Part shown: positions 56,489-64,000 of the stretch, piece by piece | How the letters are laid out: each line of letters opens with the position of its first letter | Numbering within the stretch: the stretch's first letter is position 1 | Assembly: GCA_029265905.1 (NCBI GenBank) | Contig: JAJUGR010000008.1 | Span: 12,194-76,193 of the forward strand | Source of the DNA: Sporomusaceae bacterium | GTDB taxonomy: Bacteria; Bacillota; Negativicutes; Acidaminococcales; JAJUGR01 | Direction of reading: 5' to 3' | DNA length: 64,000 nucleotides | Made by a program: the position numbers and the translations under genes | The notes under the pieces: model-generated | The model's database searches: none | What the model was told of the DNA's origin: nothing | Seen by the model: the letters and a program-made list of their open reading frames with translations, nothing else

Positions 56489-58051
56489 TTAACCAACCAT
56501 TTCTTCCAGGATGACTGGTTGCGGGCCGACTTCACGAATTTTTGCCGGTACGTCAGGGAAGTTGGCGAAGTTTTTTTGGAAGCGTTCAGCCAGGTCGTTG
56601 GCCGCTTGCCAATAAGCCTCTTGATCCGCCCAGTTTTTCTCCGGCTGCAGCACTTCGGCCGGGATATCCGGGCAGGTGCACGGCACTTCCACTTGGAAGA
56701 CCGGGTGGTTCATGTAGTCGACCTTGTCCAGTTCGCCGGACAAGGCGGCCGCCACCATTTTACGCGTGTAGCGAAGGCTGATCCGTTTGCCGACGCCGTA
56801 CTGGCCGCCTTGCCAGCCGGTGTTGATCAGGAAGACGCGTGTCTTGTGCTCTTCGATTTTTTTGCAGAGCATGTTGGCATAAACAAACGGCGAGAGGGGC
56901 AGGAACGGTGAGCCGAAGCAGGAAGAGAAGGTGGCTTGCGGTTCCGTGATGCCGCGTTCGGTGCCGGCCAATTTGCTGGTGTAGCCGGAGAGGAAATAGT
57001 ACATGGCTTGCTCCGGCGTCAGGCGGCTGATCGGCGGCAGGACGCCGAACGCGTCTGCGGTCAGGAAGATGATCGTCGAGGGATGCGCGCCTGTGCCCGG
57101 GTAGATGCTATTGGGTATGGCGTGCACGGGATAGGCCGCCCGCGTATTTTCCGTCAGGGCCTCGGAGTCGAAGTTGGCGGTATTAGTCCCTGGGAACAAA
57201 TCAACATTTTCGAGGACCGTGCCGAACTGAATGGCGTTCCAGATTTCCGGCTCGGTTTCGGGCGACAGGTTGATGCATTTGGCGTAGCAGCCGCCTTCGA
57301 TGTTGAAAATGCCTTCGCTCGTCCAGCCGTGCTCGTCGTCGCCGATCAGGCGGCGGTCAGGATCGGCGGACAGGGTTGTCTTTCCGGTGCCGGACAAGCC
57401 GAAGAAGAGGGCGGTATCGCCGTTTTCCCCTTCGTTGGCCGAGCAGTGCATCGACAGGATGCCTTGTTCCGGCAAGAAGTAATTCATCGCCGAGAAAACG
57501 GATTTCTTCATTTCGCCGGCGTAATGCGTGCCGCCGATCAGGATCATTTTCTTCTCTAAATGCAGAACAATAAAGGCTTCCGAGCGGGTGCCGTCAGTCG
57601 CCGGGTCGGCGGCGCAGCCGGGCGCGGCGAGAATGGTGATCACGTCGTCCGGATTAAACGACCAGGCCGTGTCCGCTTGACGCAAGAACAGGTTTTGAAC
57701 AAACAAGTTCTGCCAGGCGAATTCATTGACCACCCGGACCGATTGCGTATAGTTTTTGTCAGCGCCGGCAAAGCCTTCGAAGGTGAAGGTTTCACGCTCG
57801 GCAAGGTAGGCGGTTACTTTTTCATAGAGCTTGTTAAAAGCGTCTTCCGACATGGGGGCGTTGTTACCCCACCAGATGCGGTCTTTGACGCCGGCGGTGC
57901 GGACTACGTATTTATCGTTAGGGGAGCGGCCAGTGTAGTGCCCTGTGGTGACGCGGAGGGCACCGGTATCAGTCAAGATGCCTTCATTTCTCTCTAATGC
58001 AATTTCCACGAGGCGTTCGGCAGGCAGGTTGACATTGGTAACTTTACTCAA
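56489..58051 (-). CDS. pckA: phosphoenolpyruvate carboxykinase (ATP)
   Basis: [28 protein letters not shown]...the kinase-1a motif GLSGTGKTT...the ATP-type PckA motifs throughout. The best RBS (AAGGAG, 8-nt spacing) supports a TTG start at 58051. The ORF-track TTG at 58096 is an unsupported alternative. Confidence 0.92.
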   Translation of the reverse strand: MSKVTNVNLPAERLVEIALERNEGILTDTGALRVTTGHYTGRSPNDKYVVRTAGVKDRIWWGNNAPMSEDAFNKLYEKVTAYLAERETFTFEGFAGADKNYTQSVRVVNEFAWQNLFVQNLFLRQADTAWSFNPDDVITILAAPGCAADPATDGTRSEAFIVLHLEKKMILIGGTHYAGEMKKSVFSAMNYFLPEQGILSMHCSANEGENGDTALFFGLSGTGKTTLSADPDRRLIGDDEHGWTSEGIFNIEGGCYAKCINLSPETEPEIWNAIQFGTVLENVDLFPGTNTANFDSEALTENTRAAYPVHAIPNSIYPGTGAHPSTIIFLTADAFGVLPPISRLTPEQAMYYFLSGYTSKLAGTERGITEPQATFSSCFGSPFLPLSPFVYANMLCKKIEEHKTRVFLINTGWQGGQYGVGKRISLRYTRKMVAAALSGELDKVDYMNHPVFQVEVPCTCPDIPAEVLQPEKNWADQEAYWQAANDLAERFQKNFANFPDVPAKIREVGPQPVILEEMVG

Positions 58052-58089
58052 TGTGGTCACTCCTTCAAATTGATTAGTGTATAATGAAT

Positions 58090-58125
58090 TCAACAAATAT
58101 GAAATTAGTATAACATATTTGTTGA
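58090..58125. promoter_or_regulatory. 11-bp perfect inverted repeat in the pckA upstream region (candidate operator)
   Basis: TCAACAAATAT (58090-58100) and ATATTTGTTGA (58115-58125) are separated by 14 nt. On the minus strand the loop carries TGtTATACT (an extended -10-like element). Confidence 0.45.
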
Positions 58126-58177
58126 AATAGTCTATAGGGCAGTCAATAAATTTTTGCTAAAACAGGAGGCGTTTTGC

Positions 58178-59380
58178 ATGATTACTACGGAACTGATTGA
58201 ACAGCTGTTTGAGGCGGCGCATATTCAGCGCTGGAACGACCATATCCGGCCGCAAGGGTTCACGGAGCTGGACAAGCAGGCCCATAAAATGCTGATTGCC
58301 TACGTCTTGGCGCGCTACGAAGAAGATGACCGCGGGGCAGTGGTCGACTGGCGGCGCCTCATCGAGGGCGGCATCTTTGAATACCTTCATCGCATTGTCC
58401 TGACGGACATCAAGCCGCCGGTTTTTCACGAACTAATGCGTTCGCACGGCGATGAATTGAACCGCTGGGTATTCAACAAAGTGAAGCCGGTGACAGCTTG
58501 TTTGGGGGATGACTTCAGTCAGCGCTTTACGGCTTATTTTGCGAGCAATGGGCAAGGCGGCTTGGAAAAACGGATTCTGCGCGCGGCGCATTACCTGGCG
58601 ACAGACTGGGAGTTTCGCATCGTGTATCGGCTGAATCAGGGGCTATTTGGCTTGGAGGAGACGAAAGGGAAAATAGCCAACGAGCTGGAGGAACATTATC
58701 ACTTGGCGGGCGTGCAAAAGATCGGGCTGGGCAAAAAAACCTACCAGTTTGTCGATTTGGCCGGCCAGTTGCGGTTTCAAAAGCGCTGGTCGCATTCGCC
58801 GCGCGTTCCGGAAACATCCGTCATGGGACATATGCTGATTGTGGCCATGCTGGGCTATTTTTGCTCCTTGTCGATTGGCGCTTGCGACGCGCGCATTGTG
58901 AACAACTATTTTTGCGGCCTGTTCCATGATCTGCCCGAAGTGCTGACGCGGGATATTATTTCGCCGGTCAAGCGCTCTGTGGAAGGCCTTGATGAACTGA
59001 TCAAGCACATCGAGCGACAGCAGATGGAACAGCGCTTGCTGCCGCTGCTGCCGCACGCCTGGCGCAAGGATTTGCTCTATTTCACGGAAAATGAATTTGC
59101 CAACCGTATCGTCAATGAAGCGGGGATCTGCGAAAATGTGACGGAAGAGGCGCTGCGCACGCATTATAATGAAGCGAAATGGCAGCCGGTTGACGGAGAG
59201 CTGCTGCGCTGCTGCGACCACCTGGCGGCGATGGTGGAGGCGTATTTGTCGCTTCGCCATGGCCTTCGCTCGCATCAGTTGGAAGAAGCCCTGCGGACGA
59301 TGCAGCGCCAATACGCCGGTTTTAGCTGCCGGGGAATACCGTTTGGCGATTTGTTTGACGCTTTTGCCCGCAGCTGCTAA
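58178..59380 (+). CDS. tandem YfbR-like HD-domain protein (N-terminal copy degenerate)
   Basis: 400 aa. The C-terminal half has RWSHSPRVPETSVMGHMLIVAML...LFHDLPEVLTRDIISPVK, resembling E. coli YfbR 5'-deoxynucleotidase. The N-terminal half repeats the pattern (QRWNDHIRPQGFTELDKQAHKMLIAYVLA...YLHRIVLTDIKPPV) but has HR in place of HD. ATG at 58178 follows AGGAGG. Confidence 0.7.
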   Translation: MITTELIEQLFEAAHIQRWNDHIRPQGFTELDKQAHKMLIAYVLARYEEDDRGAVVDWRRLIEGGIFEYLHRIVLTDIKPPVFHELMRSHGDELNRWVFNKVKPVTACLGDDFSQRFTAYFASNGQGGLEKRILRAAHYLATDWEFRIVYRLNQGLFGLEETKGKIANELEEHYHLAGVQKIGLGKKTYQFVDLAGQLRFQKRWSHSPRVPETSVMGHMLIVAMLGYFCSLSIGACDARIVNNYFCGLFHDLPEVLTRDIISPVKRSVEGLDELIKHIERQQMEQRLLPLLPHAWRKDLLYFTENEFANRIVNEAGICENVTEEALRTHYNEAKWQPVDGELLRCCDHLAAMVEAYLSLRHGLRSHQLEEALRTMQRQYAGFSCRGIPFGDLFDAFARSC

Positions 59381-59449
59381 GGCGTTGCGTGTATGTTTAC
59401 GCTTTGTGCGATAATGAATCGGTTTTTCGCAATGCAGTGTTAAGAAAAC

Positions 59450-59478
59450 TTGACACAATCCTCCTCTGGTGCTAAAAT
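59450..59478 (+). promoter_or_regulatory. sigma-A promoter upstream of the M20 amidohydrolase-aminotransferase pair
   Basis: TTGACA (59450-59455), 17-nt spacer, TAAAAT (59473-59478). Confidence 0.55.
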
Positions 59479-59497
59479 TCATTTTATACGCTGTATT

Positions 59498-59540
59498 TGC
59501 CTCTTGCGCATGTTTCGTTTGGCAAGAGGCATTGTTGTTT
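59498..59540 (+). other. terminator-like hairpin in the leader of the M20 gene
   Basis: TGCCTCTTGC (59498-59507) pairs with GCAAGAGGCA (59522-59531), followed by TTGTTGTTT. It lies only ~15 nt downstream of the predicted TSS and 25 nt upstream of the ATG. Confidence 0.4.
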
Positions 59541-59564
59541 AAACTCAGTGCAAGAGGTGACAGG

Positions 59565-60722
59565 ATGCTTGATGAAGCGCGAAAGCTGCAATCGTACGTT
59601 GCCGGGTTGCGTCGCCAGTTTCATGCGCACCCGGAATTGAGTTGGCAGGAGCTTGAAACATCCCGTCTGATCCAGGCTGAATTGTCCGCCCTGAATATCC
59701 CTTTTCAAGTCGTGTGCGGAACCGGGGTGGTGGGGGAAATCAAGGGCGCTTTGCCGGGCCCTGTTTTCCTGCTGCGGGCCGATATGGATGCCTTGTCCGT
59801 CACGGAAGAGACAGGCCTGCCGTTTGCTTCGGAGCATAAGGGGAAGATGCACGCCTGCGGCCACGACGCGCATTGCGCGATGCTGCTGCTGGCGGCCCGG
59901 CTGCTGCAGGCGCGGGCCGCCCAACTGCCGGGGACGGTCAGACTGTTGTTCCAGCCGGCTGAGGAGCTCGGGCAGGGTGCGCGCAAGATGGTGGAAGCAG
60001 GCGTGCTTGACGGGGTTTGCGGCGCCTTTTCCCTGCACGTGTGGAGCGGCTTGCCGAGCGGAAAAGTTTTCATCCCTGACGGACCGGCGTTTGCCTCGGC
60101 CGATTTATTTACGATCCGGGTGCGTGGCAAAGGCGGCCATGGCGCGCTGCCCCACGAAGGGGTGGACGCGGTCGTCGCCGGGGCGGCTATTGTGATGCAG
60201 CTGCAAACGTTGGTCAGCCGTGAACTGAACGCCTTCAATCCGACGGTCGTGACGGTCGGATCGTTTAAAGGCGGTACGCAATACAACGTGCTGGCGGATA
60301 CGGCTGTGCTCGAAGGTACGACACGGTGTTTTGACCGGGAGCTGCGTTTGCAATTGCCCGAACTGCTGGAGCGCATCGCCAAGCACACGGCTGAGAGCTT
60401 GCGCGCCAGTGCTGCGCTGGACTATCGGCTTGGCACGCCGGCGACGATCAATGACCCGGCCGCCGCCGCCCGGGCGAGGCAACTGGCAGTCGCTTTGGCT
60501 GGCCCGGAGGTGTTGGCGGCTTACCGGCCGCTGATGGTCGGCGAGGACATGGCCTATTACCTGGAGCAGGTTCCCGGCGCCATGGGCTTGCTGGGCGTGT
60601 CTGGCGGAAAGCGGACGGCTTATCCGCATCATCACGGAAAGTTCGATCTGGATGAATCTGCCTTGCCATTCGGCGCCGTTTTGCTGGCGCAAAATGCCAT
60701 GGCGGGGTTGCAAGAAAAATAA
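59565..60722 (+). CDS. M20-family amidohydrolase (N-acyl-L-amino acid amidohydrolase / hippuricase-like)
   Basis: ~385 aa. FHAHPELSWQE...LRADMDAL...MHACGHDAH...GGHGALPH motifs typical of the M20D/ILR1-like subfamily. ATG at 59565 follows AGAGGTGA. Confidence 0.88.
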   Translation: MLDEARKLQSYVAGLRRQFHAHPELSWQELETSRLIQAELSALNIPFQVVCGTGVVGEIKGALPGPVFLLRADMDALSVTEETGLPFASEHKGKMHACGHDAHCAMLLLAARLLQARAAQLPGTVRLLFQPAEELGQGARKMVEAGVLDGVCGAFSLHVWSGLPSGKVFIPDGPAFASADLFTIRVRGKGGHGALPHEGVDAVVAGAAIVMQLQTLVSRELNAFNPTVVTVGSFKGGTQYNVLADTAVLEGTTRCFDRELRLQLPELLERIAKHTAESLRASAALDYRLGTPATINDPAAAARARQLAVALAGPEVLAAYRPLMVGEDMAYYLEQVPGAMGLLGVSGGKRTAYPHHHGKFDLDESALPFGAVLLAQNAMAGLQEK

Positions 60723-60749
60723 GAGAGAAGTAGAGAGGGCTGGTTGAAC

Positions 60750-61952
60750 ATGGCTATGCAATTTGCCGAACGCATGGAGAATCTGAAGGCGTCGGAGATT
60801 CGCGAAATTCTAAAATTGACGCAGGATCCGGAGATTATTTCGTTTGCCGGCGGCTTGCCGGCGCCGGAGCTGTTTCCGGTGCGGGAGATCGAGAAGGTTG
60901 CCGCGGAACTGATTGCCCAGGATGGGCGTAAGATCCTGCAGTACGCGACGACAGAAGGCCACGTGCCGCTCCGGCAAAAAATTGCCGCGCGGATGAACGA
61001 CAAGTTCCAGACCAGCGTCGGCGCTGACGATATTTTGATTATCAGCGGTTCGCAACAGGGACTCGATTTTGCCGGAAAAATTTTCTTGAACGAAGGCGAT
61101 GTCGTGCTATGCGAAAGCCCTTCTTACATGGGCGCGATCAATGCGTTCAACGCCTATTCGCCCCGCTATATTGAGGTGCCGACTGATGAATTCGGCATTG
61201 TGCCTGAAGCGCTCGAACAAATCCTGGCAGCGACGCCGAAGGTGAAAATGATCTACGCCATTCCTGACTTCCAAAACCCGACGGGGCGGACCTGGCCGAT
61301 GGAGCGGCGCGTACATTTCATGGAAATCGTCTCAAAATATGAAATTCCGGTTATTGAAGATAATCCTTATGGCGAACTGCGCTATGAAGGCGAAATTTTG
61401 CCGTCGCTCTTGTCGATGGACAAAAAAGGCCTTGTTGCCTTCATGGGCACCTTTTCCAAGACCTTCTGCCCTGGTTTGCGCGTGGGCTGGATAGCTGCTG
61501 CGCCGCAACTGCTGAACGCCTTTATTACGGTCAAGCAGAGCGCGGACCTGCACACCTCGCCGCTGAACCAGCAAATCATCGACCGGTTCATGGAGCAATA
61601 CGATCTGGATGAGCACGTAAAGGCGATTAACGCTTTGTATGGCAAGCGCCGCAACTTGATCATCAAAACGATGGAAGAAAATTTCCCGGATTGCGTCACG
61701 TTTACACGCCCGGAAGGCGGTTTGTTCCTTTGGGTTACGCTGCCGAAACACGTCAATGCCCGCGATATATTCATGAAATCGATAGCCAAAAAAGTGGCGT
61801 TCGTTCCCGGCGGCTCGTTCTTCCCGAACGGCGGCAACGAAAACACGCTTCGCATCAATTATTCCAACATGCCGGAAGAAAAGATTGTCGAAGGCATCAA
61901 ACGTTTGGCCGCCGTCTTGCAGGAAGAACTGGTCGGCTGCGCCTCTGTTTAA
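60750..61952 (+). CDS. PLP-dependent aminotransferase (class I, LysN/2-aminoadipate-type, stand-alone MocR-like catalytic domain)
   Basis: ~400 aa. LKASEIREILKL...ISFAGGLPAPELFP...DNPYGELRY...FSKTFCPGLRVGW (PLP Lys)...the RINYS tail. Confidence 0.88.
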   Translation: MAMQFAERMENLKASEIREILKLTQDPEIISFAGGLPAPELFPVREIEKVAAELIAQDGRKILQYATTEGHVPLRQKIAARMNDKFQTSVGADDILIISGSQQGLDFAGKIFLNEGDVVLCESPSYMGAINAFNAYSPRYIEVPTDEFGIVPEALEQILAATPKVKMIYAIPDFQNPTGRTWPMERRVHFMEIVSKYEIPVIEDNPYGELRYEGEILPSLLSMDKKGLVAFMGTFSKTFCPGLRVGWIAAAPQLLNAFITVKQSADLHTSPLNQQIIDRFMEQYDLDEHVKAINALYGKRRNLIIKTMEENFPDCVTFTRPEGGLFLWVTLPKHVNARDIFMKSIAKKVAFVPGGSFFPNGGNENTLRINYSNMPEEKIVEGIKRLAAVLQEELVGCASV

Positions 61953-61960
61953 CGGAGCCT

Positions 61961-62007
61961 AAAAGGTGGGGATATGCGTACAAAACGCATATCCCCCACC
62001 TTTTTTT
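61961..62007 (+). terminator. terminator with 18-bp perfect stem after the aminotransferase gene
   Basis: AAAAGGTGGGGATATGCG (61961-61978) pairs with CGCATATCCCCCACCTTTT (61986-62004), followed by TTT. Confidence 0.8.
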
Positions 62008-62034
62008 GCCTCGCTTGCTGGAATTCGCTATAAT
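62006..62034 (+). promoter_or_regulatory. sigma-A promoter upstream of polA
   Basis: TTGCCT (62006-62011), 17-nt spacer, TATAAT (62029-62034). Confidence 0.5.
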
Positions 62035-62067
62035 AAAAAGATGGACTGAATACAAGGCGGTGGAAAC

Positions 62068-64000
62068 ATGGCACAAGATTTAGTGATGATTATCGATGGC
62101 AGCAGCTTGCTCTACAGGGCGTTTTTTGCTCTGCCGCCCTTGTCGACAAAAAGCGGAATTGAAACAGGCGCTGTTCATGGATTTATGAATATGCTGTTGC
62201 GCCTGCTTGACGAAAAGCAGCCGGCTGCGGTTGCGGTGGCTTTTGACAAATCACGCATCACCTTCCGCAATGGCGTCTACGACGCTTACAAGGCGCACCG
62301 CAAACCGACTCCGCCCGAATTGTCAAGCCAATTCCCCCTGGTGATGGAGTTGCTGGCGGCGATGGGAATTCCGGCGATTGAGCTGGAAGGCTACGAAGCG
62401 GACGACATTATTGGCACGCTGGCGGCGCGGTATGCCGCCCAGCAGAAAAAGGTGCTGGTGGTAACCGGCGATAAGGATGCGCTGCAGTTGATCCGCAACG
62501 GCGTCGACGTGCTGCTGACGAAAAAAGGCATCAGCGAACTGGAACTCTATGATGAAGAGCAGTTTTTTGCCCGCTACCACCTTAAGCCCGCACAGATGAT
62601 CGATTTAAAAGGCTTGATGGGCGATACGTCAGACAATATTCCTGGCGTTCCCGGCGTGGGGGAAAAAACAGCGCTGAAGCTCCTGCATCAGTACGGCAGC
62701 GTAGAGGCGCTATTAGAAGCCGCGCATGAGGTCAACGGCAAGCTGGGCGAAAAACTGCGTGAGCACGCGGAACAAGCCAGGTTGTCTAAAAAGCTGGCGA
62801 CCATAGAGCTGGCGGTTCCGCTGGAAAGCCAGCAGGCGGCGGCACCCCCTAATTTGCAACGCGAAGCGCTGCGGCAGCTTTGCCAAAGCCTGGAGCTGCG
62901 TTCGATTTGGGCGCGGTTGGAGAAGAAACTGCCGGATGCGCCGCCAGTTGAAGCGGCCACGTGCGCAAGCGAGATCGAGAATGTTGATACGGAGGCGGAC
63001 TTTGCCGCGCTCGCGCTGGACTGGTCGGCGGATGCGCCGCTCATTTGTCTGCCGGAAGCGGAAGGCGCTTGTCCGCAGGTGACGTTTCTGGCCTTAGTGT
63101 TTTTAGCGGGCAAGCGGGCTGTGCGGGTAACGGTCGGGACCCCGGCCTGGCCGTCGGTCGCGCGTTTGCTGGCGTCGCCGCATACGCCGAAATGGACGCA
63201 CGATGCCAAAGAGCTGCTGCATGCGTGTGAATCAGTCGGCATTGAGTGCGCTAATATTGCGTTTGATACGGCGGTGGCCGCCTACCTGCTGGATGCGGGG
63301 ACGGACTTGTCCTTGCCGAACCTGGCGGAACAGTATGCGCCGCAATGGGTAAGCCAGCAGCCAGTGTGCCAGCTGGCCGCTTTGCAACCCGTTCTGTGGC
63401 AGGCGCTTTCCGAGCGCGAGCAGCTTGATCTGTTCGGGCAGATCGAATTGCCCCTGGTTCCTGTGCTGGCGGCGATGGAGCGGGCTGGCATAGCACTGGA
63501 TATGGGGAAAGTGGCGGCTTTGCGCCAGGAAATTGGCGGCCGCATTGAAGTGCTGGCGGGTCAGATTACGGAATTGGCCGGCGAAGCGTTCAATATCAAT
63601 TCCACAAAGCAGCTCGGACAGATTTTGTTTGAGAAGCTCGGACTTCCGGTTGTGAAAAAAACAAAAACCGGCTATTCCACTGACGCTGAAGTGCTGGAGA
63701 ATTTAAAGGAAGCGCATCCGATTGTTGAGAAGCTGCTCGAATACCGGATGCTTGCGAAGCTGGATAGCACGTATTTGCAGGGCATGGTTGGCCTCGTGCG
63801 CCCGGAGACGGGCCGGGTCCATACGCACTATCAGCAATTGGTGACGACGACGGGCCGCCTGTCAAGCACAGACCCGAACCTGCAGAACATACCGGTGCGG
63901 ACGCCGATTGGAAAGCGCATCCGCAGCTTGTTTGTACCGGGGTCGGCGTACGACGAACTCCTTTCCTTTGACTATTCGCAGGTCGAGTTGCGCATTTTGG
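62068..64000 (+). CDS. polA: DNA polymerase I (5' part; runs off the window end)
   Basis: Absent from the ORF track because there is no stop in the window. ATG at 62068 gives MAQDLVMIIDGSSLLYRAFFALP...YEADDIIGTLA...GDKDALQL (5' nuclease). It continues in frame to ...RLSSTDPNLQNIP...DYSQVELRIL (polymerase motif A) at the last bases. Confidence 0.93.
   Translation, partial: MAQDLVMIIDGSSLLYRAFFALPPLSTKSGIETGAVHGFMNMLLRLLDEKQPAAVAVAFDKSRITFRNGVYDAYKAHRKPTPPELSSQFPLVMELLAAMGIPAIELEGYEADDIIGTLAARYAAQQKKVLVVTGDKDALQLIRNGVDVLLTKKGISELELYDEEQFFARYHLKPAQMIDLKGLMGDTSDNIPGVPGVGEKTALKLLHQYGSVEALLEAAHEVNGKLGEKLREHAEQARLSKKLATIELAVPLESQQAAAPPNLQREALRQLCQSLELRSIWARLEKKLPDAPPVEAATCASEIENVDTEADFAALALDWSADAPLICLPEAEGACPQVTFLALVFLAGKRAVRVTVGTPAWPSVARLLASPHTPKWTHDAKELLHACESVGIECANIAFDTAVAAYLLDAGTDLSLPNLAEQYAPQWVSQQPVCQLAALQPVLWQALSEREQLDLFGQIELPLVPVLAAMERAGIALDMGKVAALRQEIGGRIEVLAGQITELAGEAFNINSTKQLGQILFEKLGLPVVKKTKTGYSTDAEVLENLKEAHPIVEKLLEYRMLAKLDSTYLQGMVGLVRPETGRVHTHYQQLVTTTGRLSSTDPNLQNIPVRTPIGKRIRSLFVPGSAYDELLSFDYSQVELRIL

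Overview
This is a 64-kb chromosomal segment from a GC-rich member of the Bacillota (hand counts on single 60-nt lines give about 60-67% GC in most of the window). The evidence for that placement is GGAGG-type ribosome-binding sites, two T-box leaders, long-stem rho-independent terminators, and clostridial-type fermentation genes (butyrate kinase, formate-THF ligase, glutamate formimidoyltransferase). It looks like an anaerobic amino-acid fermenter, but I cannot name the genus. About 57 protein-coding genes are supported. I saw no rRNA, tRNA, CRISPR array, transposase, integrase or phage gene.

Gene blocks in order:
- buk
- TerC / LysR / small ORF / peroxiredoxin
- Nudix hydrolase, NADP-IDH, cupin, dipeptide epimerase
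- an amino-acid-sensing histidine kinase plus a sigma-54 enhancer-binding response regulator, followed by two exact -24/-12 promoters driving MFS-fhs and formimidoyltransferase-cyclodeaminase-hutD-gltS
- a divergent regulator, two membrane proteins, D-aminoacylase, and a convergent class-A-like serine hydrolase
- aldehyde dehydrogenase
- queCDE-ygjP
- a sharply AT-richer ~6.5-kb block (RpiR, HD hydrolase, two DASS permeases, 2-hydroxyacid dehydrogenase, RraA-like aldolase)
- cyclophilin plus carboxynorspermidine pathway
- rmuC, HD-GYP, DUF4870-like
- Ser T-box-serA, xpt
- Leu T-box-ilvN-ilvC-leuA-leuC-leuD-leuB-ilvB
- cca, DUF1343/NamZ-like, NlpC/P60, pckA
- a tandem YfbR-like HD protein
- M20 amidohydrolase-aminotransferase
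- the 5' two thirds of polA

The most noteworthy candidates:
- the sigma-54/two-component controlled formiminoglutamate-C1 module
- the compositionally foreign hydroxy-acid-type catabolic block, with a promoter-embedded palindrome
- the D-aminoacylase cluster with two unclassified membrane proteins

Limits: start codons were adjusted by eye to RBS-supported positions. Family assignments come from recognisable motifs and remembered homologues, not from database searches.
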